A DNA stretch of 64,000 nucleotides from Limnothrix sp. BL-A-16 (GTDB taxonomy: Bacteria > Cyanobacteriota > Cyanobacteriia > CACIAM-69d). Each line of letters starts with the position of its first letter. The stretch's first letter is position 1. Positions 50,966 to 60,482 of this stretch are shown one piece after another. The stretch spans positions 1,472,001-1,536,000 of the forward strand of contig CP166615.1 of NCBI GenBank assembly GCA_041937175.2, written 5' to 3'. A program made the position numbers and the translations under genes. The notes beneath the pieces were generated by a model. It was not told the DNA's origin and did no database searches. It was given only the letters and a program-made list of their open reading frames with translations.

Positions 50966-51274
50966 TTAATCTGCTTCGGGAGCCTCGTAATCCGGAGGAA
51001 AATCCGCTGCGGGCCACAGCAGTCGCAAACCCATGACTGCAAACCCGATCGCGGCGGCGGCCTTCACCAAGCGGGTGGGCAACAGTTGGGCCGTGCCCTC
51101 GCCAATCACAACCCCAATCAGGCTGGCGAACACCAGGGCGGCTGCCGTGCCCGCAAATATGGCGCGGGGCGATCGGGAACCACCGCTGAGGGCGATCGCC
51201 GCCAGTTGGCTCTTGTCGCCCAATTCCGCCAAAAACACGGTGATAAAACTCAGACCCAATAATTGCCAGTTCAT
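50966..51274 (-). CDS. UPF0016 (TMEM165/GDT1) half-size cation exchanger, second half
   Basis: FLAELGDKSQ motif; 3 TM. Confidence 0.9.
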   Translation of the reverse strand: MNWQLLGLSFITVFLAELGDKSQLAAIALSGGSRSPRAIFAGTAAALVFASLIGVVIGEGTAQLLPTRLVKAAAAIGFAVMGLRLLWPAADFPPDYEAPEAD

Positions 51275-51277
51275 TGC

Positions 51278-51658
51278 CTATCCTCCAACCATGGCTTCCC
51301 ACAACAGGGAGACGGATACCATCAACAAAATCGCGCCCACGATGGTTTCCAAGGTTTTGATCGATACCCAACGGGCCAAGAGCTGGCCCAACAGCACACC
51401 GACCAAACTGGTGGAAATCAGGGCGATCGTGGCTCCCAAAAACACCACCCAAGGTTGATGGGACTCGGCGGCCATCAGCAGAACAGCCACTTGCGTTTTG
51501 TCCCCAAATTCCGCCAAAAAGATGGCGATGAAGGTGGAGGCAAAGGCGCTGAGGAAACTACTGCGGGCGCTGGCGGTGGAGGGTTGGGCCGCTGGTGGGC
51601 GATCGGGTTGAGCCTCGGACTGGGCCGGGGTGAGGGCAGAAGGATCAGACAAGTTCAC
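51278..51658 (-). CDS. UPF0016 (TMEM165/GDT1) half-size cation exchanger, first half
   Basis: FLAEFGDKTQ motif; 3 TM. Start GTG 51658 or 51706. Confidence 0.88.
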   Translation of the reverse strand: MNLSDPSALTPAQSEAQPDRPPAAQPSTASARSSFLSAFASTFIAIFLAEFGDKTQVAVLLMAAESHQPWVVFLGATIALISTSLVGVLLGQLLARWVSIKTLETIVGAILLMVSVSLLWEAMVGG

Positions 51659-52047
51659 GGGATCTCGTAACGGCGGCGGGAAACGGCGAAAACAAGGCGA
51701 AAACAAACGGAATCAGCGAGAATTAGTGCTGATTTTCACAGTGCTTTCATTTTTGATGACCCTATTCTATCGCTGATGTTGCGGATGGTTTGGGGAATTG
51801 CAGTGCAGGAATTCCGGCGAGCTTGGAACTGGATCAATGGGAGCAGGGCCATGGCCAACTGGCCCTTCAGAAGTGATCGATGCGGCCAGTTCCGCCAGTT
51901 CCGTCACAGCGGTGAGTTGGGTGAGTTTGCGGGATGGGTGCGCTATGGTTGGGGCGATCGAGAGTTGCCGGAATTGCCGAAACCGGACGGCGGCGATCGA
52001 TCCAACGGGCCAACGGCCCCACAGTGGTGTGAAGGAGACAATCGAAC

Positions 52048-53223
52048 ATGTTAGTGCAGCAACAGCCGTCCCTGACTTGGTTGCAGCGCGAGCGGGCCTG
52101 GGTGGAAATTGACCTGGCGGCCCTGCGCCACAATGTGCGCCACCTGAAAACCTGGGTGGGCGATCGGGTGGAATTGTTGGCGGTGGTCAAGGCCGATGCC
52201 TATGGCCACGGGGCGGCCACCATTGCCCGATCGGCCCTGGCGGCGGGGGCCCAATGGCTGGCGGTGGCCACAATCGAGGAAGGTGGCCAACTCCGAGAAG
52301 CCAACATTGATGCACCCATTTTGGTGTTAGGCGCAGCTCACACCGCTGATCAGATCAAGGCGCTGCTGCATTGGAAACTGCAACCCACCCTCTGCACCCT
52401 GCAACAGAGTTTTACCTTTGCGGAGGTGCTGAAATCCTTAGGGCGATCGCTGCCGGTACACCTCAACATCGACACCGGCATGGCCCGGCTGGGAACCCGC
52501 TGGACGGAAGCTGCGGACTGGGCCCAATGGGTTGCCCAAGCCCCCTCCCTGCACCTGGCCAGTCTGTATTCCCACTTCGCTACGGCCGATGAACCGGATC
52601 CCACGGTGATGCGGCTGCAATATCAGCGATTTCAGGAATTTTTGCAGGATTTTTCCCAACGGGCCCGATCGAGCGGCCTGACCCTGCCCAAAATTCACAT
52701 GGCCAATTCCGCCGCCCTGTTGGCCGATCAGGCTTACCACTTCGATTGGGTGCGGGCTGGCCTGGCGCTTTATGGCCTGGCCCCCGCGCCACACCTAGCC
52801 GGCATCTTGCCCCTGCAACCGGTCATGAGCATCCGCGCCCGCATCACCCAGCTCAAGACGATCGAACCCGGCGAGGGGGTGAGCTATGGCCATCGTTACG
52901 TGGCCCAGCGGCCCACCCGGGTGGCCGTGGTCGGAATTGGCTATGCCGATGGCGTGCCGCGCAACCTGTCTAACCAAATGCAGGTTTTGATTCGTGGGCG
53001 ATCGGTTCCGCAGATTGGGTCAATCACCATGGATCAGTTGATGTTGGATGTGACGGACTTCCCCGGCGATCTGATGCCGGGTGAGGTGGTCACCCTGTTG
53101 GGAGAGGATGCCGGCCAGCAAATTCGGGCAGAAGATTGGGCCGATCGCCTGGGAACCATTTCTTGGGAAATCCTTTGCGGCTTTAAGCATCGCCTTCCTA
53201 GGATTACGGTTAATGATGAATAG
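52048..53223 (+). CDS. alr: Alanine racemase
   Basis: AVVKADAYGHG, DTGMARLG, SHF, GYADG, ITMDQ; AGGAGA RBS. Confidence 0.96.
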   Translation: MLVQQQPSLTWLQRERAWVEIDLAALRHNVRHLKTWVGDRVELLAVVKADAYGHGAATIARSALAAGAQWLAVATIEEGGQLREANIDAPILVLGAAHTADQIKALLHWKLQPTLCTLQQSFTFAEVLKSLGRSLPVHLNIDTGMARLGTRWTEAADWAQWVAQAPSLHLASLYSHFATADEPDPTVMRLQYQRFQEFLQDFSQRARSSGLTLPKIHMANSAALLADQAYHFDWVRAGLALYGLAPAPHLAGILPLQPVMSIRARITQLKTIEPGEGVSYGHRYVAQRPTRVAVVGIGYADGVPRNLSNQMQVLIRGRSVPQIGSITMDQLMLDVTDFPGDLMPGEVVTLLGEDAGQQIRAEDWADRLGTISWEILCGFKHRLPRITVNDE

Positions 53224-53263
53224 AGGGCTGAATTGAGCTGATGGAGGCAATTGCGGGGTTTTA

Positions 53264-53394
53264 GAGGATGTCTGAGAAGTGACTGGGGAACTTGCAAAGG
53301 TGCTAGTAGCCTTAGGGGCAAGGGGCTTAAGCCTCTTGTCTGCGTTGATCGATGCGACTCACAAGGTGACAGTTTTAGCTTTTCAGACATCCTT
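53264..53394 (+). mobile_element. 131-bp MITE, copy 4 (most diverged), followed by a degenerate extra TIR at 53398-53413
   Basis: GAGGATGTCTGAGAAG...CTTTTCAGACATCCTT; palindrome has one mismatch; then CTA and GAGGATTTTAGAGAAG. Confidence 0.82.
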
Positions 53395-53465
53395 CTAGAG
53401 GATTTTAGAGAAGCTTTCGCAGATACTAAAGAAATCCCGCTTAACCCTGCGACTCATCCCGCTCA

Positions 53466-56066
53466 ATGACCTTTCGGGTAAAACTCTCGCTTCATGGTTG
53501 CCTGGCAACGGAGGGACTGTTAGCCCGTTTGGACTTGTGGCGCAGTCCCTATCACCAACAAACTTGCGATACTCGCCTGCCGCCTGCGCCGGAATTGGCC
53601 CAGGTGGCCACGGAATTTTGGGACTTGTGGGCGAGTTATCCCAACTTGCGAATTAAGGTGAAGGGCGTTCAGCGACAGTTGCCCCTTCCTCTGCATCGTC
53701 AACAGTGCCAAATCGCGGCCGATCGCCTGCAAACCCTGTTTAACAACTGGTTGGGGGGGGAAAGCTTTCGGGAAATGACCCATGAAATTCTGCGATTTAG
53801 CCATCCCAGTGATGATTTGTGGCTGTCGATCGCCACGGACGATCGCCATGTGCAAAGGTTGCCTTGGGACGAATGGAAGCCCTTGAAAGGTCACCGGTTT
53901 GCCTGGGGCTGTTGTTCAACCAGTGGCAAGACACCACCGATTCAGGTGAGATCGACCCCCGGAGTTGTGGTTCGGATTTTGGCGGTTTTGGGCGATCGGG
54001 TGGATTTAAACCTGGATCCCGATTATCAGGCTCTTCAACAATTGAGCAACGAGGGGTTGGCGGATGTGCAGTTGCTGGACGCGCCGACTCCTGAACAGTT
54101 TTTTGATGCGCTGCGAGATCAACAACCGCAAGTGCTGGTCTTTGCGGGCCATGGCTATCCCGAAACCAAAAGCCGATCGAGTCAGATTGGCCTTAACTTT
54201 CAGAACAACATTTCCGTAGAAAACTTCAGCCATGCCCTTGAAGGCGCGGTTCAACAGGGTTTGCAACTGGCGATTTTTAACTGTTGCCACAGTGTGGACT
54301 TGGCGGAAGCACTGCATCGATCGCACCTACCGGCCGCCATTGTGATGCGGGCTTCGGTGCCCGATCTGGTCGCTCAACATTTCCTCAAGGATTTTCTAAC
54401 TCACTACGCCCAATCGCGGTCGCTGCCCCTATCTCTGTACGAAGCCCGTCGATCGCTCCAACGCTCCAGCGCCGAATTTCCCAGGGCCGATTGGTTGCCG
54501 CTGGTGTTTCACCATCCCCTGTTAGATTTGCCCACTTGGCCCGATCGCGCCCACGCGGAAACCGATTTCCAAAGCTGGATTGAACCCGTTGGCCCCAGTG
54601 CAGCTCGGCCCGGCAGCGATCGGGCACTGAGGCAGGATCCAATCCAGAAATTTAGTCAGGAAGCCGGTCAAGAAATCAGTCAAAAATCAAGCCAGGAATT
54701 AGATCAGGAATCAAATCAGAAATTAGATCAGGAATCAAATCAGGCACTGAGTCCAGAAAACAATCAGCAAATTAGCTCGAAAATTAGCCTGAAAATTAGT
54801 CCGAAATCATTGCAACTGGGTGTGCAGGCACTTTTGGCCACGGGAATCACCATTGGCCTAGGCGGCATGATCCAGACCCCGGAGTTTTGGGTTTATGACG
54901 CAATGGTGCAGCGGCGGCCGTTGGAATTACAAGATCAACGCATTTTGCTGGTGACGATTGATGAAAATGACGTGGCTTATCAAGATCGTCAAGGTTGGCA
55001 ACGAATTCCAACGGCCGATGGCGGGTTAAATTCCGTGGCTCCGGAGGCCTTGGCCAAGCTTCAGGAGCGACTGGCCACCCTGAAACCCAGCGTCATTGGA
55101 GTGGATATTTATTACCCCTGGCCGCTGACATCCGCTTGGCAAAAGCGCCTTTGGTCGAATCCTCGGGTGGTGGGTTTGTGCAAATTAGCCGATCCAACGG
55201 AGTCTGTTGTGGAAATTCCGGCCCCAGTGGGCTTGAAGCGCGATCGGGTGGCTTTTTCTGACCAAGCCGACGATTCAGAAGGGGTGGTGCGACGGCAGCT
55301 CTTGGCCATGGCGGCTCCCAAGTCTAGCCAAACTTGTCACACTACCTATGGATTGAGCGGCCTGGTGGTGGATGAGTACCTCAAGCAACGGGGCGTGGCA
55401 AGTTTGACCGTTGGCAATCGCTGGCAGTATGGTTCCGTCACAATTCCCCAAATTACCGCCGGAGCAGGGGGGTATGGGTGGTTTGATGACCAAGGCAATC
55501 AACTGCTGTTGGCTCCTCGGCGGGCGGATTGGGTTCGTTTGCCGCTGCGGGAGGTGTTGCAAAGTACCGATCGAATTCCTTGGACTGGTCAACCCAACCC
55601 GATCGTTTTAATTGGCAATATTCAAGCCAGCTCCGGCGATTGGTGGAAACTGCCGGGTGGGCAGGAGATTCCGGGCTTGGAGATTCAGGCTCACGGCATC
55701 AGTCAACTGATTAGCGCGGTGCTGGACAATCGCCCCTTGCTTCAGGCGATCGCCTGGCCGCAGAAGGCGTTGTGGATTTTGCTCTGGGCAGTTCTGGGAG
55801 CAGGGCTGTTGGCGGTTTGGCAGGCACGATCCCCGCAGCCTCGTTGGTACGATCGGCTCTGGGTTTGGGCTTTTGGCTCGCTGATGGTGGGGGCGATCGG
55901 GATGATTAGCTTTTTTTGGGCGGCCTGGTGGTTACCGGTGGTTTCGCCCATGGTGGCGATCGGGCTGGTGTTGTTGCCATTGCCCGGGAGAAAGGGCCGT
56001 TCCCAGTTCTCCCGATGGCTAGGCCTGGTGCGGCGACTCCCTAGGCGATTGCTGAAGTCTTCTTGA
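53466..56066 (+). CDS. CHAT (caspase-like) domain, TM, CHASE2, 3 TM membrane protein
   Basis: RLPWDEW, FAGHG, IFNCC, DWLPLV (CHAT); RILLVTIDE, IGVDIY, DSEGVVRRQL, PGLEIQAH..SQL (CHASE2). Confidence 0.85.
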   Translation: MTFRVKLSLHGCLATEGLLARLDLWRSPYHQQTCDTRLPPAPELAQVATEFWDLWASYPNLRIKVKGVQRQLPLPLHRQQCQIAADRLQTLFNNWLGGESFREMTHEILRFSHPSDDLWLSIATDDRHVQRLPWDEWKPLKGHRFAWGCCSTSGKTPPIQVRSTPGVVVRILAVLGDRVDLNLDPDYQALQQLSNEGLADVQLLDAPTPEQFFDALRDQQPQVLVFAGHGYPETKSRSSQIGLNFQNNISVENFSHALEGAVQQGLQLAIFNCCHSVDLAEALHRSHLPAAIVMRASVPDLVAQHFLKDFLTHYAQSRSLPLSLYEARRSLQRSSAEFPRADWLPLVFHHPLLDLPTWPDRAHAETDFQSWIEPVGPSAARPGSDRALRQDPIQKFSQEAGQEISQKSSQELDQESNQKLDQESNQALSPENNQQISSKISLKISPKSLQLGVQALLATGITIGLGGMIQTPEFWVYDAMVQRRPLELQDQRILLVTIDENDVAYQDRQGWQRIPTADGGLNSVAPEALAKLQERLATLKPSVIGVDIYYPWPLTSAWQKRLWSNPRVVGLCKLADPTESVVEIPAPVGLKRDRVAFSDQADDSEGVVRRQLLAMAAPKSSQTCHTTYGLSGLVVDEYLKQRGVASLTVGNRWQYGSVTIPQITAGAGGYGWFDDQGNQLLLAPRRADWVRLPLREVLQSTDRIPWTGQPNPIVLIGNIQASSGDWWKLPGGQEIPGLEIQAHGISQLISAVLDNRPLLQAIAWPQKALWILLWAVLGAGLLAVWQARSPQPRWYDRLWVWAFGSLMVGAIGMISFFWAAWWLPVVSPMVAIGLVLLPLPGRKGRSQFSRWLGLVRRLPRRLLKSS

Positions 56067-56829
56067 GAGGTATGGCCAGGCGATCGCCCGGTTTGGGTTC
56101 CAGGATTTGGGCTGCCAATCCTGCTCTTTGCAATTGGGTTTGCAGTTCAGCGGCATTGCCCTTCGCCCGCAACAGGGACACCAGCAGGCCTTCGTATTGC
56201 ACATCGCCCGCCGCCGCCGTGGGCAACATCACTTGGGGCCGCAGCAGGGTTGCCAGTTTCAAGGCGCTGTTGGTTCCCTGAATGATCGGCAGGAACCCCC
56301 CGATCGACAGATCCATCAGCGGGCAAAGGGTTACATCCACCGGCCCCAACTCGCTCAACTCCGCCGGGTGATAACCGTGGGGTTCATAGTACAGACTTTC
56401 GCCGGTTTCGGGCCCCGCGATCGCCCGCAGAATATAGCCGTTTTCTAGGGTTTTGGGCCCCGTGGGGGAGCCGGTGGTGGCGCGGATGGCCACCTGTTGA
56501 TCCAGCGTCCAAGTTTGGCCATGATCGAGGGCGATCGCCGTTTGGAAACCCAACTGTTCGGCAACCTTGGCCGCGCTGGGCGATCCCAACACCGGCACGG
56601 TGCGATCGATCTGTTCCAGGGTGGGGCGATGGGCATGATCTTCCAGCCCTTGGGACAGCAAAACCAAATCCAAATTGGCGGGGATTGGCCGGGGGTTGGG
56701 ATGGGTGGCCTTAAAAAACCAAGCGGCATTCCCAAACATCAGCGGCCCCACAAACCAGGGATCAAGCAAAATTCGCTTGCCCGCCAGTTCAATCAACCAG
56801 CTATTGCTATCAAACCAAGTGAGGTGCAT
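56041..56829 (-). CDS. MBL-fold hydrolase-like protein (Lactamase_B_3 type)
   Basis: LTWFDSNSWL, LLDPW, LSQGLEDHAH, ENGY, YYEPHG. Confidence 0.82.
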   Translation of the reverse strand: MHLTWFDSNSWLIELAGKRILLDPWFVGPLMFGNAAWFFKATHPNPRPIPANLDLVLLSQGLEDHAHRPTLEQIDRTVPVLGSPSAAKVAEQLGFQTAIALDHGQTWTLDQQVAIRATTGSPTGPKTLENGYILRAIAGPETGESLYYEPHGYHPAELSELGPVDVTLCPLMDLSIGGFLPIIQGTNSALKLATLLRPQVMLPTAAAGDVQYEGLLVSLLRAKGNAAELQTQLQRAGLAAQILEPKPGDRLAIPLKKTSAIA

Positions 56830-56925
56830 GGGTGCGATCGGGAAGTTTGCGAGTGGATCTGCCTTGTATCGTAGCGCTGGATTTTGATTCTCGATCCCGT
56901 CCCGCAACGCTCGCCAACCCGATTC

Positions 56926-57762
56926 CTAACTGGCGCGATCGGCCAACGTTCGATCGTCCTGCCCACCGCGATCGAGCAAACCGCGCAGGGCCCGCCGACA
57001 GATATAGGCCGTGGCTCGGGTGGTAGATTCCCGCTGCCAACGCTGGCAACAGTCCCAAACAAACTGTGGCTGTGATTTGGCCGCATCGTTCAGCCAATTG
57101 GCAACGCTGTTTTGCACATAACGCACAGGATCCGCCCGCAGGGGTTCCAACAAGGGCAACCCCAAAGATGGCTCGCGCTTTAGGGCTTGAATATGCGCAC
57201 ACCACACGCCCCGCGGCCGGGTTAACTCCGTGGCAAACCGGCGCAAATTTGGCGATGGGTGCAGCGTCCAGGGAATTAACTGAGCGATCGCCAGCTCCAA
57301 TTGATGGGCCGCATGGGGCCGCAACGCCATCCAAGCCCACTCCCGCACGTTGGCGTTGGGATCGTCCGCTAAGTTGGCGATTTGGACCAGGCGATCGGGA
57401 AACGACAGCCCCGGAGCCAAGCCCACCATCATCGCAGCCCAACTGCGGGCCGTGTCGCTGCGGTGGGTGGCAAAGCGTTCCGAACCGGTCAAGCCATACC
57501 GATCGAGCAGCAGTTGCCCCACGATTTGCATCCGAGCCTTAATTTTCAAGTGGCCATGGGCGCTTACCTGTTCCAAAATCGGCGCTCCCAGGTCAGGGGC
57601 GATCGCCCGGAGCAGTTGCCCATGGTCGATCGCCAGCACTTCCGCAAGGGTCACAGCCTCCAGCGTGCCGTGATTCAGTTGCTGCAAAAGATCCGGGGCA
57701 ATTTCTGCGATCGACTTCGCACCGGTACGGGCCGGAGCGGGGGAAACGGGACAAGTTTTCAT
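56926..57762 (-). CDS. DNA alkylation repair protein (AlkC/AlkD-like HEAT repeat)
   Basis: VREWAWMALR, RRFATELTRPRGVW, YVQNSVANWLNDAAK. Confidence 0.82.
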   Translation of the reverse strand: MKTCPVSPAPARTGAKSIAEIAPDLLQQLNHGTLEAVTLAEVLAIDHGQLLRAIAPDLGAPILEQVSAHGHLKIKARMQIVGQLLLDRYGLTGSERFATHRSDTARSWAAMMVGLAPGLSFPDRLVQIANLADDPNANVREWAWMALRPHAAHQLELAIAQLIPWTLHPSPNLRRFATELTRPRGVWCAHIQALKREPSLGLPLLEPLRADPVRYVQNSVANWLNDAAKSQPQFVWDCCQRWQRESTTRATAYICRRALRGLLDRGGQDDRTLADRAS

Positions 57763-58817
57763 GCCAGACACCAATGGGTTCAGTCAGCCAGGCAGGTCAG
57801 GCTGAGATCCAGCAGCCGATGCGACCACCTGCACCAGATCCTAGTGAGGCGATCGCCCAAAAACAAATTTCCGTCAGAAATGGGTTGAACATCACGCCAA
57901 TGGCTGATTAACCCCAAGAGCTTTCGCTAAGGAACCCATGTAATGAACTGACCGATGAATCATGAGTTCAATCAGCACCAATTCGGGATGAATCATCAGG
58001 TTATTTCAGATGCTTTAAACACCTTTTTTTCAAAGAATGTTTTAAAACAACATCAAAGTCAAAAATGATTGCGATCGGGCCACCATTCCGCTAAAACTAG
58101 TGACTGTCGTGGGCAGTGACACCGATCAAAGTTGATGAAACCGGCTGAGTTGATCAAACTGGCTGGAGAATTCAACCGATCGAATCGCTGCCAACTCCCG
58201 ATCGCCCGGGGAGCCTTGGCCCAAGACTTTGTTCTGCATGGCCATCGCGTACCCCATCCCTGGCCCGATCGCCCGATGGTCGAAACTCAAACCGACCATT
58301 TCTAGATGCCCGAACACTAATGAATTCTTCAATCTCTCAAGGCTTCAATTGCCCAATATTTCAACAATCAATGATTGAATAATTGGATGATTAGAAATTT
58401 TGAGAAATTCTAGTCAGGCTTCATTAGTCCTGCGTAGTGCCCCTAAATATCTAACCTGACTCAACAATTCATCTAAGATTTCTTGGATTCAATTGCATGA
58501 ATTCAATTCGTCCATGCTTGTTCATGAACTGAGGGTAATTGACCAAAGTTTGTGAACTTGATCGCCAATCATTCTGTTTTTCTGGGTGAAGTCTCTAGCC
58601 AGTTTTCGAGAGAGTCAGAGGTGTAATTAACTTCCGGCTTGCTTGGGCTGCTGCGAACTGGAAAAACTGAAAACTCGCGATTACCCATTGTGATGATGGG
58701 TGAACATGGGCTGATGATTGATTCTCGATGAATCTTTGGATTGTTGTGAGATATGGCGGCAATCTGCGTTGGGCAAGGGTGATTTTTGCTGTTTTGCTGC
58801 CTGGAATAATTACTACG

Positions 58818-59237
58818 ATGACTAAAGTCGAGTGGAGCGATCATTTCTGTATTGGTGACGATCGAGTGGATCAGGAGCACCAAGACATTTTTGAATTAGT
58901 GAATGAATTGCAGAGTGCCATCGATCGTCAGGAATCGATGGACAAGCTGGCAATGATGCTGGAACAGTTGGCTGAACACACGATCGCCCATTTTCAGCAT
59001 GAAGAATCACTCATGCAACATCATGCTTACCCGGGACTCGATCGCCATAAGCATTGCCATGATCGCCTAATTCAGAAAGTGACTAAACTGATGCAGCAGT
59101 TTCAAACGGGTGAAACCGGTGCTATTCAGAATTTGATGAATTTCTTAGCCGATTGGTTGCGCCACCACATCAAGGGCGAAGATCAAAAAATGATCCAGTT
59201 TATGCAACAGAAGCACCACCAACTTGCGACGGTTTGA
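58818..59237 (+). CDS. Bacteriohemerythrin
   Basis: W...F.IG...VDQEH, HFQHEE, HKHCH, WLRHHIKGED. Confidence 0.92.
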   Translation: MTKVEWSDHFCIGDDRVDQEHQDIFELVNELQSAIDRQESMDKLAMMLEQLAEHTIAHFQHEESLMQHHAYPGLDRHKHCHDRLIQKVTKLMQQFQTGETGAIQNLMNFLADWLRHHIKGEDQKMIQFMQQKHHQLATV

Positions 59238-59276
59238 GGGGCTGTTTCGACAGATTGAGAATTCATTGGGATCTGA

Positions 59277-60461
59277 TCAGGAATTTGCCTGGAAATTTGC
59301 CAAAGATTCCACAATGACCCGAGCAGCGGTTTCCGTTGAAAAGTGCTCCATGGTGGTGGCGTATCGATCGAACTGTCGATCGATACCCATCACCTGTTGA
59401 ATCGCGGTTGCCAGGGCCGTTGCGTCCCCGATCGGGATTGTTTGCACTGCGGGTAATTCACCAAAATCCACCGTAGAACCCACCGCTTCCGTGGCAATGA
59501 AGGGTAAGCCCGCTTGCAAACCTTCATTAATCACCAATCCCCAGGTTTCTCCTGCCCGATTGGAGGGCAAAATTAGCACATCTGCCGCTAAGTAAAAGGG
59601 GGGTAATTCCTGCTGATTCCGAAACCCTAAAAACTTGACCGCCAAGTCCGGCATGGTTTCCGCTTGGGCTTCCAGTTGTGGTTGCAATTCCCCAGCGCCC
59701 AGATACAGAACCGCTAATTGGGCTTGCAAGGCCGGGGGTAACTGGGCGATCGCCTGAAGAATTAAACCGGGATTTTTTTTGGGAATTAATTTACCGCTAA
59801 AGAGCAAAACAGTTCGCTCTGGATTGAGCCAAAGGGCGGCACGGGTTTTAGCCCGAATCGTTTGTTTTTTTTCAGGAGATAAATCTGCGAATCGATCGGG
59901 CACGCAGTAGTAAGCCATGGCAATTCGGCGGGCGGGAATTCCGTGACGAATCAGGTGCTCGCGGTTCAGGGAGCCGATCGCCACGGCCGAATCAAACAAC
60001 CCATACAGCAACCGATAAACCAGCGATCGCACGAGGCTTTTCCAGCCCTGGCGTGGCACTGCCTGATCATTGGTTTCCACCCGCAAGCTGCAAGGAATTT
60101 TCCGAAATTTGGCGGAAATGGCAGCGGTGACAGCTCCCTTATAAATCAAGCTGTGAATCAGCAGGCGATCGGGTTTTTCTTGGCGCAATAGGGCCGGAAA
60201 ACCGGTGGCTCGCAAACTCCAAAAACCCTTGGGTTGCTTTGTTTGGTTGGGATTCAAAACGACCGATCGATAGCCATTGAGTAGGGGTTCATCCCAAGCA
60301 ATACTTTGGCCAAACTCCCGATCACGATAGCCTTGAATTGAAAAATCCGAGAGATAAACCACCAACAATTCATCACCTCTGGCGGCCAATTCTTGGGCCA
60401 TGCACCGAAATACCGGAGCGTGATATTGCACCGGATGGGAAGCCAAAACCAAAAGCTTCAT
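59277..60461 (-). CDS. GT4 glycosyltransferase
   Basis: SHPVQY, FSGKLIPKK, GFRNQQEL, ETWGLVINEG. Confidence 0.88.
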   Translation of the reverse strand: MKLLVLASHPVQYHAPVFRCMAQELAARGDELLVVYLSDFSIQGYRDREFGQSIAWDEPLLNGYRSVVLNPNQTKQPKGFWSLRATGFPALLRQEKPDRLLIHSLIYKGAVTAAISAKFRKIPCSLRVETNDQAVPRQGWKSLVRSLVYRLLYGLFDSAVAIGSLNREHLIRHGIPARRIAMAYYCVPDRFADLSPEKKQTIRAKTRAALWLNPERTVLLFSGKLIPKKNPGLILQAIAQLPPALQAQLAVLYLGAGELQPQLEAQAETMPDLAVKFLGFRNQQELPPFYLAADVLILPSNRAGETWGLVINEGLQAGLPFIATEAVGSTVDFGELPAVQTIPIGDATALATAIQQVMGIDRQFDRYATTMEHFSTETAARVIVESLANFQANS

Positions 60462-60482
60462 TGTTAGACCTGTGAGACCTAT

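Noticed and set aside
51776..52054. 92-aa ORF overlapping the alr start
   Set aside because: No recognisable homology; composition fits a non-coding leader
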